Part shown: positions 1 through 7,711 of the stretch, in pieces | Position numbering within the stretch: the stretch's first letter is position 1 | Layout of the letters: each line of letters starts with the position of its first letter | Translations under genes and position numbers: made by a program | IMG/VR virus record: IMGVR_UViG_3300013179_000001 | DNA length: 44,653 nt | Reading direction: 5' to 3' (one strand) | DNA from: a virus | The notes under the pieces: generated by a model | Told to the model about the DNA's origin: nothing | Seen by the model: the letters and a program-made list of their open reading frames with translations, nothing else | Database searches by the model: none

Positions 1-107
1 TCGTAGTACGCCCACAACCCACTAAATACCCCCTCGACCAGCACGAACACTGTCTCTAGACCCCTCATCATCGCCCGAAATCCCGCACAAATCCCGCACC
101 TGCGGCA
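1..107. repeat. Window-terminal direct repeat, copy 1 (identical to 44547-44653); marks closure of circular/terminally redundant phage genome
   Basis: Exact identity of first 107 nt with last 107 nt of window read directly from sequence; repeat runs to window edge so true length unknown. Confidence 0.9.
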
Positions 108-1188
108 CCATCCCACGCAACCCCTCACCGGCACCAGGAAACAGGTGCGAGTACACATTCAGAGTCATCGACGCCGAAGCATGCCCCAGCGCCCGCTGCA
201 CCATCACCACCGACGCCCCGGAAGCAATCAACGACGAAGCATAAAAATGCCGTAAAGCATGAAATGTCGTATCCACACCCGCCCGCCGGGAAAGCCTGCG
301 AAATTGCGCCGACAAACTCGAAGAAGAAAGCGGCCTGCCCTCCCTCGTGCAAAATACAGTCTCCTCTGGCGCCCGCGGCACCCGCTGTAGCTGCTCCTCA
401 ATAACCTGCACCGTCCCCGGCCCAATCGGCACTACACGCCGCGAGGACTCAGTCTTCAACGGGGCAAAATCACCACTGCGCTGACTGATCTGCTCCACCA
501 CATGCACCTCACCACGCAGAAAATTCACATTCCGAACTCGCAGCCCACACAACTCACCAGCGCGCAAGCCAGTCTCCGCCGCGACTTGAATCATCACCGC
601 CAACGTCAGGTTAGGGGCACGACCCACACCGGTTCCCCGCGCTGCACGAAGCAGCGCTTGCACATCCTCGACCGTGGGAATGTCCGCACGCTCGGCGCCT
701 ACCTCCGTCCGCGGAATCTTCACCCCGCGCATTGGGTGACGCCCCACCACATCATCCAGCACCGCCTGCGAAAATACCCCGTGAAGAATGGAAGCCAACA
801 TGTTAATAGTCGACGTGGCCAGTGGCTTATCACCAGCCCAGCGGCGCGGCTTCTCGAGAGATGTCATCCACGCCCTGACATGCGCCGGCTTCACACTCTG
901 CACGGGCATATTCCTCAAATCCCCCAGATTCGCAAGAAGCGATCGGCGCGAATTGCGGGTAGAAGTATTACCCGCCTCGTCAACGCGGGCCTGGACTAAA
1001 TCCTCTACCGTGACATCGCTCGGCTCAATGTATTCCCCGCGGCGTACAGCCCTTTCCATTTCTTGGAGGTGTGCCTTTGCCGCCTTCTCGCGGGAAAAAC
1101 TTTTAGACCTCTCCTTGCCGGACGGGTCCCGCCAGCGGGCAACGTAGATCTTCTTCCCGGCTTTGTTAAGCCGTTTCTGAATAGCCAT
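22..1188 (-). CDS. int: Tyrosine integrase (site-specific recombinase, phage integrase family)
   Basis: N-terminal arm-binding-like motif (KRLNKAGKKIYVARWRDPSGKERSKSF), catalytic-box motifs HALRH and LGHASASMTLNVYSHL near C-terminus; ATG at 1188 preceded by AGGAGAAG RBS; track ORF extends upstream to 1410 without a plausible start context. Confidence 0.85.
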   Translation of the reverse strand: MAIQKRLNKAGKKIYVARWRDPSGKERSKSFSREKAAKAHLQEMERAVRRGEYIEPSDVTVEDLVQARVDEAGNTSTRNSRRSLLANLGDLRNMPVQSVKPAHVRAWMTSLEKPRRWAGDKPLATSTINMLASILHGVFSQAVLDDVVGRHPMRGVKIPRTEVGAERADIPTVEDVQALLRAARGTGVGRAPNLTLAVMIQVAAETGLRAGELCGLRVRNVNFLRGEVHVVEQISQRSGDFAPLKTESSRRVVPIGPGTVQVIEEQLQRVPRAPEETVFCTREGRPLSSSSLSAQFRRLSRRAGVDTTFHALRHFYASSLIASGASVVMVQRALGHASASMTLNVYSHLFPGAGEGLRGMVPQVRDLCGISGDDEGSRDSVRAGRGGI

Positions 1189-1366
1189 CAGATACACTTC
1201 TCCTGTCAGGTCATTTTTTGGCTTGATGTCCCCGCCCTTGGTGCTGCACTTCCACATATCGAGCGCCAAGGGCGGTCTTGTCTTATACTGCTGGTGGCCC
1301 ACATCCCCCCGTGGGCCCAGGGTGGTCCCGTGTATTGAGCTCAGCTCCACGGGGCCACCCCCAGTT

Positions 1367-1918
1367 TTACAGGCCAAGCGCCTTAGCTTTAGCTGCCGCA
1401 AACTCTTCATCAGTCAGCACGCCGGCCGAATGCAGTTCGGCGAGACGCTCAACCTCGGAAATACCGATACCCACATTTGATGATCGGCGAGTTTCTCGGG
1501 ATCGTGACCTGATCTCTTCGGTGACTTCTTTCATCGTATTCGTGACGCATCGTTTGAGCTCAATAGTGTGAGAGCCGTGCCTCAGAATAAACGAACCCCC
1601 GTCAGCGCCTACCTCTGAAACGTCCTCGTAGCGCAATTCACGCACTGTTGATCGGATTCCAGAGAGACCAGCAATGAGGATGCGGTTGTCGGTGGGGATA
1701 ATGAAGGTTTTAATCCCATTTAGCTCACCTGCCATAGGTTGAGTGTAGGATTCACCTTCTTTCAGTTGAGCACCCCCTACGCGAGCCGCCATCATGTACC
1801 TACGGCGAATCAGTTTCGGCAAGTGCTCAAGTAACGCAGACTGTCGCTCCTTGATGAGAGCTTCCTGAGCTTTCTTGTCGTCTGCTTTTTTATCTTTATC
1901 TTTCTTGAAAATGCCCAT
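1367..1918 (-). CDS. PH-like domain protein with C-terminal SHOCT motif (lysogeny-module accessory protein)
   Basis: C-terminus ISEVERLAELHSAGVLTDEEFAAAKAKALGL matches SHOCT consensus; start ATG at 1918 (MGIFKK) overlaps stop of upstream peptidase gene (TAATG); N-terminal 33 codons of track ORF lack start support. Confidence 0.6.
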   Translation of the reverse strand: MGIFKKDKDKKADDKKAQEALIKERQSALLEHLPKLIRRRYMMAARVGGAQLKEGESYTQPMAGELNGIKTFIIPTDNRILIAGLSGIRSTVRELRYEDVSEVGADGGSFILRHGSHTIELKRCVTNTMKEVTEEIRSRSRETRRSSNVGIGISEVERLAELHSAGVLTDEEFAAAKAKALGL

Positions 1919-2316
1919 TATGCTGCTTGTCTTTCGTGTAGGGTTTGCCAGGTTTTGAGGATGTGTTGTGTGACTTCGAGTTCGTCGGCGATGGCGGGGA
2001 GGTGGCCGTGGTGCCATATGGCGGCAGCTTCGAAGTCGGTGGGGGTGATGAGGAGGCGGGCGGCGTATTCGTCGGCGCGACGCTCTTGGCGTTGGTCAAA
2101 ATGACCGTTACCAGTTGGGGTGTCACCGTGGGCGGCGTGTCCTAGTTCGTGGGCTAGGACGCTTTTGTATTGGCCGATGGATTGACCACGCCTTGTGCTG
2201 ATTATCCGCCTGTGGTGGTCATACCAGCCGGGGCACCCGCCGGTGTGGCGCTGTAGCTGCACGCCCATGCTTTCCGCTAGGAGGTGCAGCTCTACCGCGC
2301 TAATCGTCATCGGCAT
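1918..2316 (-). CDS. ImmA/IrrE-family zinc metallopeptidase (HEXXH)
   Basis: HELGHAAHGD motif with downstream E; directly follows XRE repressor gene in the same operon (ImmR/ImmA-like pair); several in-frame Met candidates at 2310-2319 just after upstream stop. Confidence 0.7.
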   Translation of the reverse strand: MPMTISAVELHLLAESMGVQLQRHTGGCPGWYDHHRRIISTRRGQSIGQYKSVLAHELGHAAHGDTPTGNGHFDQRQERRADEYAARLLITPTDFEAAAIWHHGHLPAIADELEVTQHILKTWQTLHERQAA

Positions 2317-2740
2317 CATTCCTTTCTGCATCTTCATCCGGGCCGCTGTATGCAACCGCGCCTTCTGGCATTGAACCAGACGGGTTGGACATACGGGCCT
2401 TCTTGCGACGTTCAGCCAACTGATCCACTGGTTCATCTTCGATGAGCCGCAGGCGGCGGAGTAGTTCGTCGGTCAGTTCTTCATCGCTTGCTCGAGTTAG
2501 CGCGGTTGTCGTGCCGACTTCCTGCATCCACCTGGCGCTGATGAATCCGAGGTCAACGAGAGCCACAACGGGGGACTCATCGTAAGCCTGGGCAATTTTG
2601 ATGATGAGGTCTGCGCTTAGCTCGTTAGCTTTCAACTGGCGGCCAAGGGTCGCATCGGAGATGTTCGCTCGGCTTGATACATGCCTGTTGGAGTCGCCAC
2701 GAGTAACGCGCTTGTACCAATCGGTGTGCGTTTCTTTCAT
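2300..2740 (-). CDS. XRE-family HTH transcriptional repressor (CI/ImmR-like)
   Basis: HTH motif ATLGRQLKANELSADLIIKIAQAY; divergent from cro-like gene; acidic C-terminal tail; ATG at 2738-2740 with promoter immediately upstream (leaderless). Confidence 0.75.
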   Translation of the reverse strand: MKETHTDWYKRVTRGDSNRHVSSRANISDATLGRQLKANELSADLIIKIAQAYDESPVVALVDLGFISARWMQEVGTTTALTRASDEELTDELLRRLRLIEDEPVDQLAERRKKARMSNPSGSMPEGAVAYSGPDEDAERNDADDD

Positions 2741-2743
2741 GCT

Positions 2744-2775
2744 TACAACGTATCAGATATACGGAAGTGCGTCAA
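2744..2775 (-). promoter_or_regulatory. Putative repressor promoter, minus strand (TTGACG -17 nt- TACGTT), leaderless transcript
   Basis: Reverse complement of 2741-2776 reads TTGACG cacttccgtatatctga TACGTT tgtaagc ATG. Confidence 0.4.
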
Positions 2776-2824
2776 TGTGATAACCCTTTTACGCAGGCAG
2801 TTTGTAGCACTTTTGTAATTCGAC

Positions 2825-2853
2825 TTGCGTAATTACGTGCAGTGCAGCATAAT
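2825..2853 (+). promoter_or_regulatory. Putative early promoter (TTGCGT -17 nt- CATAAT) with overlapping 10-bp palindromic operator CGTAATTACG (2827-2836)
   Basis: Hexamers and spacing read directly; palindrome overlaps -35/spacer; a second GTAATT half-site and a CGTAT-n5-ATACG inverted repeat lie upstream (2751-2820). Confidence 0.5.
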
Positions 2854-2899
2854 GATGAATGTGCAGCGAAACGATGCACTTATTTCAGAAGGAGCCACA

Positions 2900-3130
2900 A
2901 TGACCGCAAAGTTAGACCCCACGGTTATCGACCAGCTCCGCGAACAGTACAACTTCACCAACTTTGAGCAAGTAGGGCAAAAGTTGGGCCGCACCTCGCA
3001 CACCGTGCGCAAGTGGTACCGCGGACAGACTGTGCCCAGCACTCAAGACCTGGTGAAACTTCAATTTCTCACTGGTCGACCGTACGGCACCATGCTCGTC
3101 ATTCAGAACACTGCCGAGCGCGCCGCATAG
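2900..3130 (+). CDS. Cro-like HTH regulator
   Basis: HTH QVGQKLGRTSHTVRKWYRG; ATG 2900 with GAAGGAGCC RBS; first gene of rightward operon divergent from repressor. Confidence 0.65.
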   Translation: MTAKLDPTVIDQLREQYNFTNFEQVGQKLGRTSHTVRKWYRGQTVPSTQDLVKLQFLTGRPYGTMLVIQNTAERAA

Positions 3131-3182
3131 AAAAAGCCCCGCACGAAGCGGGGCCACCAAACCAGTAAGGAGATTATATCAC

Positions 3183-3968
3183 ATGAATATTCAACCGTTC
3201 GACTTTCAGGGCCATGAGGTCCGAGTCATTGCGGAGGACCCGGAGAAGCCGCTTTGGGTTGCTCGTGACGTCGCCACCGCCCTCGGATACAAAGACCCAA
3301 CAAGTGCTATCAAGGCTCATTGTCGTGGGGTGGCGAATCACCACCCCATCCAAGACCGGTTAGGCCGCACCCAAAATGCCCGTGTTATCGCGGAGCCTGA
3401 CCTTTACCGACTCATCGTTGGTAGCGACCTGGAGACCGCGCAGGAATTTGAGCGCGTCGTATTCGAGGAAGTCTTGCCGTCGATTCGTAAGCGTGGTGGG
3501 TATCTGACGCCGGAAGCGGCGGAGCAGGCATTGACGGACCCGGATTTCATCATCCGCTTGGCTACCGACCTTAAGGAAGAGCGGGCTGCCCGCGCCGAGC
3601 TGGAAGCTCAGGCTGAAACCAACCGCCCAAAGGTGTTGTTCGCCGACGCCGTGTCTACGTCTAAGTCGCACATCCTGGTTGGCGACCTGGCGAAGATTCT
3701 CCGCGGTAACGGCATCCAAGTAGGCGGGACACGCCTGTTCAAGTGGCTACGTGAAAAAGGCTTCCTGATTAACCGCAAAGGCACCGACTGGAACATGCCA
3801 ACTCAACGGTCAATGGAACTTGGGCTTTTCAAGGTTAAAGAAACCACCGTCGTTCATTCCGATGGTCACACCTCGTTGTCAAAAACTCCGAAGGTGACGG
3901 GCAAAGGCCAGGAGTACTTCATCAGCCGGTTTATGGATGGCCGCTTCCAAATCGACGAAGTGGCTTAA
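3183..3968 (+). CDS. Phage antirepressor (Bro-N N-terminal domain + KilA-C C-terminal domain)
   Basis: N-terminus FDFQGHEVRVIAEDPEKPLWVARDVATALGY is Bro-N-like; C-terminal half matches the KilA-C-type organisation. Confidence 0.75.
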   Translation: MNIQPFDFQGHEVRVIAEDPEKPLWVARDVATALGYKDPTSAIKAHCRGVANHHPIQDRLGRTQNARVIAEPDLYRLIVGSDLETAQEFERVVFEEVLPSIRKRGGYLTPEAAEQALTDPDFIIRLATDLKEERAARAELEAQAETNRPKVLFADAVSTSKSHILVGDLAKILRGNGIQVGGTRLFKWLREKGFLINRKGTDWNMPTQRSMELGLFKVKETTVVHSDGHTSLSKTPKVTGKGQEYFISRFMDGRFQIDEVA

Positions 3969-4002
3969 ACGGTTACTCACTCACAAAAAGAAAGGCCCCA
4001 CC

Positions 4003-4158
4003 ATGAGCACCACCAACACCGCATACATCGACGCCTACACACTCGGCTACCTCAAAGCCGCACTCAAAGAACACCTCAAACCAAGCATTGTTGAAGAACT
4101 CTTTACCGAAGCAGAGCAGGCCGCTCTCGACGCTGCCATCGCAAGGGCAGGACATTAA
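4003..4158 (+). CDS. Hypothetical small protein
   Basis: ATG 4003 with AAAGAAAGG RBS; last ORF before structured non-coding region. Confidence 0.4.
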   Translation: MSTTNTAYIDAYTLGYLKAALKEHLKPSIVEELFTEAEQAALDAAIARAGH

Positions 4159-4476
4159 GCACCTAAAAACAGAAACTTAGCCCGACGAGCAGGCAGGGGA
4201 GTGCGAGCCTCCCCACGGGCACTGGGACTCGTGTGTCCTGAATTTTCGTCAAAGTGACTTAACCCCGAGGGGTTAGGTCTAGGCGGAAAACGTTGTATCG
4301 AGAACTGAATTAGTGGATCAGCGCCACCAGCCCTTGTGGTGCCTGTGTTGACGGTGTAGCGACCTCGCACGGGCGTAAATGGTGGCGCGCATATAAATAC
4401 CAGGCCTGAATGGACCAATCACTTTTCTTTTACACCTACAACAGTGGCAAGGGGAATTGTGCTTACAAAAGACTAC

Positions 4477-4501
4477 TGGGGTTCGATTCCCCAGCGGGCT
4501 A
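4477..4501 (+). other. tRNA 3'-half-like fragment: T-arm (TGGGG-TTCGATT-CCCCA) + 7-nt acceptor 3' strand GCGGGCT + discriminator A; no matching 5' acceptor strand
   Basis: Canonical G53/TTCGATT/C61 T-loop read directly; complement AGCCCGC absent within 300 nt upstream, so not a complete tRNA. Confidence 0.4.
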
Positions 4502-4504
4502 CTG

Positions 4505-4602
4505 GGGGAGTAGAGAGACCCGGCCGCTTCGCCTAGCGGGTCTCGTAAGCAAGCCACTATGCGCGGCCTGGCCGTCGGCTGCGTTGGCGCGCTCTACTCC
4601 CC
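4505..4602 (+). ncRNA. Structured RNA element: 11-bp long-range helix (4505-4515 / 4592-4602) enclosing 8-bp hairpin (4515-4522 / 4537-4544) and GC palindromes
   Basis: Perfect complementarity read directly (GGGGAGTAGAG / CTCTACTCCCC; GAGACCCG / CGGGTCTC); non-coding, transcribed ahead of terminator at 4613-4660. Confidence 0.4.
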
Positions 4603-4612
4603 ATCCATGAGT

Positions 4613-4660
4613 AAAGCCCCGTGCAGTAGCTGTGCGCGGGGCTTTCTCAATCTATTTTCA
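4613..4660 (+). terminator. Rho-independent terminator (11-bp stem AAAGCCCCGUGC / GCGCGGGGCUUU, loop AGUAGCUGU, U-rich tail)
   Basis: Stem-loop and CTTTCTCAATCTATTTTC tail read directly; ends first early operon. Confidence 0.6.
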
Positions 4661-4692
4661 ATCCACCTCATCACCACAATAAGGAGGACACG

Positions 4693-4884
4693 ATGAAGCC
4701 TACCAAAACGCAGGCCTATTCAGTCCAAGAAGTCGCCGCCCTGCTAGGGATCGCCCCGTCGACACTGTATGACCACGTGCGCGCCGGAAAAGTAGCCCAC
4801 CTGCATCCCATCACGGTTGGTACTCGCACTGTATTCCCTAAGAAGGTTATCGACGCTCTCCTAGACCCGGCGGTGAGCGCATGA
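4693..4884 (+). CDS. Excisionase/AlpA-family HTH DNA-binding protein
   Basis: YSVQEVAALLGIAPSTLYDHVRAGKV...TVGTRTVFPKKVIDALL matches Xis-family HTH; strong RBS AAGGAGGACACG. Confidence 0.7.
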   Translation: MKPTKTQAYSVQEVAALLGIAPSTLYDHVRAGKVAHLHPITVGTRTVFPKKVIDALLDPAVSA

Positions 4885-4967
4885 GCCACCTCAAGGATTA
4901 CGCACTCGGCTGCGTCTTCGGCTCGTTTGTATTCGCCGGCATTCTGATTGGGGGAATCGCGCTATGA
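4881..4967 (+). CDS. Tiny hydrophobic peptide (28 aa), translationally coupled
   Basis: ATGA overlaps at both ends (4881 and 4964); MSHLKDYALGCVFGSFVFAGILIGGIAL. Confidence 0.3.
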   Translation: MSHLKDYALGCVFGSFVFAGILIGGIAL

Positions 4968-5239
4968 CCACCTGGATTACTGCTATGAGCGCCATCGTCT
5001 TGATTAACCTGCTGGGCACTATGGCCCTGTCGGTGGTGGTTAACCACCGCATTAAGCAAATCGAAGATGACGCCACCCGCGCCTATTACCGTGACCGCGC
5101 TTTATCTGACGCTATAAGCAACCTGAATAAGCGCATGAACCACCACCTCGGGATTGCGCCGTCGGAGGCCCCTAACGCGGAAGAAGCAAGCCGCATTGAC
5201 GATCTCCTGCGCGACCACACACCGAGGAGCAAGCAATGA
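4964..5239 (+). CDS. Small membrane protein
   Basis: N-terminal hydrophobic segment AMSAIVLINLLGTMALSVVV; coupled starts. Confidence 0.5.
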   Translation: MTTWITAMSAIVLINLLGTMALSVVVNHRIKQIEDDATRAYYRDRALSDAISNLNKRMNHHLGIAPSEAPNAEEASRIDDLLRDHTPRSKQ

Positions 5240-5445
5240 CCCCACGGAAAAGCATTACCCACATACGCATCATTCAAGAAGAGTTTGACCACTTCACCCG
5301 CTGCGGCATCTCTCGGCCCCTGGCCGTGGCCCGCCTATCTCATGTCTATGGCACGCCGCCGTCGGCTATCGAGGGCTACCTGACGCCGCATAAACGTCGA
5401 AAAGAAGAAGAAAAGATGAGGAAGTATGAGCTCCAAAATTCTTAA
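5236..5445 (+). CDS. Hypothetical protein
   Basis: ATGA-coupled ORF with RBS GAGGAGCAAGCA. Confidence 0.45.
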   Translation: MTPRKSITHIRIIQEEFDHFTRCGISRPLAVARLSHVYGTPPSAIEGYLTPHKRRKEEEKMRKYELQNS

Positions 5446-6367
5446 ACACCCACCACGCCCCGGAACTGACGAGTGGCGCCGCACCATGTCAGGCTCAAAG
5501 ATTGCCACTATTTTGGGCCTGTCTCGATTCCAGTCACCGTTCTCGCTGTGGCATGAAATGGCCGGAAACGTTGAGCCGGAACCGTTTGATGAGGAGACTG
5601 GCGCGTGGGGCCATATCGCAGAGCACTCGCTGGCCGAATGGTGGAAGCACCACAACCCCGGCTGGCAGTTGAATGCCGGCAAGCCGGGGGAGACGGAGAT
5701 CACCTACAGCCGTGACGATCTCCCATTCCCGAATCTTGCCACCTTGGACCGCCGCGCCATGAACCGTGCCTTTGGTGTGCGTGACCCGCGGCGCTTCCAC
5801 ATCATCGAATGCAAGACCGCCCGAGACCTCGCAGACTGGGGCCGCCCAGGGGAGGATAACGCCGTACCCGCCGACTACTACGCCCAAGTTCTTTGGGGCA
5901 TGGGTATTAGCGGTATTCACCAAGCCAGTATCTGTGTTCTGGGGCCTTTCGGTGCGCCGGAAATCCACACTGTGGAGTGGAGCCAGCCGGTGTTTGAGGG
6001 CATGGTCGCCAAAGCCGCCGAATGGATGCAATCCCTCGAGGACGGGGAAGAGCCGGAGCTTAGCGACTCGAAGCGCGACTACACCGTTATTCGCGGACTA
6101 CACCCTGATATTGATGCCCACGAGTCCGTAGATGTTGACCGTGGCCAGGCCGTTGCGTGGCTGGACGCAATCACGGCCGAAACGGAAGCAAAGAAGCAAG
6201 CCCAGTCGGCAAAAACGCAGCTTGCCAAGCTCATGGGAAACGCGAAATACGCCACCGTGAACATCCCGGGGCGTGACAAGCCCGTGAAGCTAGCCGACCG
6301 CCGCGCCAAAAATGGCGGCACACCCTACGTTCAATTCAACAAGAAAGCCAACCTCGCCGATGCCTAA
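5426..6367 (+). CDS. YqaJ-like viral recombinase-domain exonuclease (PD-(D/E)XK)
   Basis: GSKIATILGLSRFQSPFSLW N-terminal motif typical of YqaJ/lambda-exo-like proteins; adjacent to RecT-like gene. Confidence 0.75.
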   Translation: MSSKILKHPPRPGTDEWRRTMSGSKIATILGLSRFQSPFSLWHEMAGNVEPEPFDEETGAWGHIAEHSLAEWWKHHNPGWQLNAGKPGETEITYSRDDLPFPNLATLDRRAMNRAFGVRDPRRFHIIECKTARDLADWGRPGEDNAVPADYYAQVLWGMGISGIHQASICVLGPFGAPEIHTVEWSQPVFEGMVAKAAEWMQSLEDGEEPELSDSKRDYTVIRGLHPDIDAHESVDVDRGQAVAWLDAITAETEAKKQAQSAKTQLAKLMGNAKYATVNIPGRDKPVKLADRRAKNGGTPYVQFNKKANLADA

Positions 6368-6536
6368 CCCCGCAGACATGCCGGCACACACCACGGAAGT
6401 CTTCCAAGGCCTCGCCCTCCTCGCGCAGGAAGCGACCTTCCTAATGAAGCGGTTCCTCTCACACGGCTATACCGAAGACACCGCTGTCACCCTCACAGAA
6501 ATCACCCTCGACCGACACGACACCAAGGAGAACTAA
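6361..6536 (+). CDS. Hypothetical small protein
   Basis: ATG overlapping exonuclease stop; fills gap before recT-like gene. Confidence 0.3.
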
Positions 6537-6538
6537 CC

Positions 6539-7390
6539 ATGACTGAAGTTGAAACCTACACCGCACCAGCCACCCCGGCCTCCCCGGACACCAGCCAAAC
6601 CCTCATGGAAAAAGGCGTTGCCAAACTCCGCCAGCATGCCGAGCTTAAAGCCATGGCGTTCGACTATGCGGATTTCATCACCAAGACCGGCGCATGCCCA
6701 TCTATTTACAAGGGCAAGCCGATGGACGCCGCTGCAGCCATCATCCGCGGCACCGCTTTGGGCTTCGACCCGGACGGTGCGCTGGAAGCTTTCTTTGTCA
6801 TCAACGGCAAGACCGGAATGTACGCCCGCGCCATGGTCGCCGTTGCTGAAAACGCCGGCTGCGAACTCTGGGAGGTGGAAGCCTCCGATAATTCTGTTAC
6901 GTGGGCAGGCCGCAAGCCCGGCGGGCACGAACAGCAAGTCACCTGGACTATGGACCGCGCCAAGAAAGCCGGCTACACGAGCAACAAACGCTACGGCACC
7001 AACCCGCAGGAGATGCTGCGCTCCAAGTGCCAGGCAGAATTAGCCCGCATGATTGCCGCAGGCCCACTCATGGGCCTGTACTCAGAGACCGAGGAAGCAG
7101 CCTTCGAGCCAAAGCCGGTTAAAGCAACGGCTACTCGTCAGCAGCCGCAGCAGTCGCGTGGACTGTCTGCGATTGCCGCAGCAACGAATACCGCGCCGCA
7201 GGAGGAGACGGTAGATGCTGAAGTCGACGGTGACGATGAGTTCCTGGCCGACATTAAAAACACCGTGGCCGGCATGTCCACCACGACGGAAATTAATGAG
7301 TTTGCCGACGCACTAAAAGCAGACGGTGACGTGCCGGAAGCCGCTAAGCAGATCATCATGGACCGCTACAACCAGCTAAAGGAGAAGTAA
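6539..7390 (+). CDS. recT: RecT-family single-strand annealing protein
   Basis: Conserved block GKPMDAAAAIIRGTALGFDPDGALEAFFVINGKTGMYARAMVAVAENAGCELW typical of RecT; RBS AAGGAGAA. Confidence 0.75.
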   Translation: MTEVETYTAPATPASPDTSQTLMEKGVAKLRQHAELKAMAFDYADFITKTGACPSIYKGKPMDAAAAIIRGTALGFDPDGALEAFFVINGKTGMYARAMVAVAENAGCELWEVEASDNSVTWAGRKPGGHEQQVTWTMDRAKKAGYTSNKRYGTNPQEMLRSKCQAELARMIAAGPLMGLYSETEEAAFEPKPVKATATRQQPQQSRGLSAIAAATNTAPQEETVDAEVDGDDEFLADIKNTVAGMSTTTEINEFADALKADGDVPEAAKQIIMDRYNQLKEK

Positions 7391-7711
7391 ATGGACTTCG
7401 TATTCGTAGACGAACTGCCACCAATTCAAGGCAGGACCACGATTGACAATGAGCGTGCCGAGGAGCTTATCGACGAAATGCTGGCTAACCCCGGCAAGTG
7501 GGCAAAGGTTCCTTACGTTTGGCTCTACCCGGACGCCGAGGGGCAGGCGGAAAAGAAGCTGATTGGTCGTGCGCGGAATCTCTCGAACCGTATTCACCGA
7601 GGCGAAATCCGACCGTTCAGTGACTACCCGTGCGAGTCCAGGGCTCGCAAGACCGACTGTTACATCCGTATTAGTGCCACCAAGCGACAACTCAAGGAGA
7701 TGGGCTTTTAA
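7391..7711 (+). CDS. Hypothetical protein
   Basis: RBS AAGGAGAAG; coupled to downstream ssb (TAATG). Confidence 0.5.
   Translation: MDFVFVDELPPIQGRTTIDNERAEELIDEMLANPGKWAKVPYVWLYPDAEGQAEKKLIGRARNLSNRIHRGEIRPFSDYPCESRARKTDCYIRISATKRQLKEMGF

Noticed and set aside
1296-1315. GC hairpin GCCCAC-atcccccc-GTGGGC between int and the PH/SHOCT gene as a possible attP core
   Set aside because: No flanking arm-type repeats and no T-tract; the attP candidate with repeated ATCCCGCA motifs lies at the int 3' side instead. It may be a minor transcriptional barrier
1189-1410. Longer integrase N-terminus (the track ORF starts at 1410)
   Set aside because: The extension has biased Gly/Pro/Arg composition and no RBS, while ATG 1188 has an AGGAGAAG RBS and begins the conserved arm-binding motif; the open frame is a high-GC artefact
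4440-4610. Possible tmRNA (ssrA) gene, suggested by a T-arm plus large stable helices
   Set aside because: No tag-peptide reading frame ending in an ALAA-type codon run followed by a stop, no 5' acceptor strand, and no CCA end; only a 3' tRNA-like fragment is present
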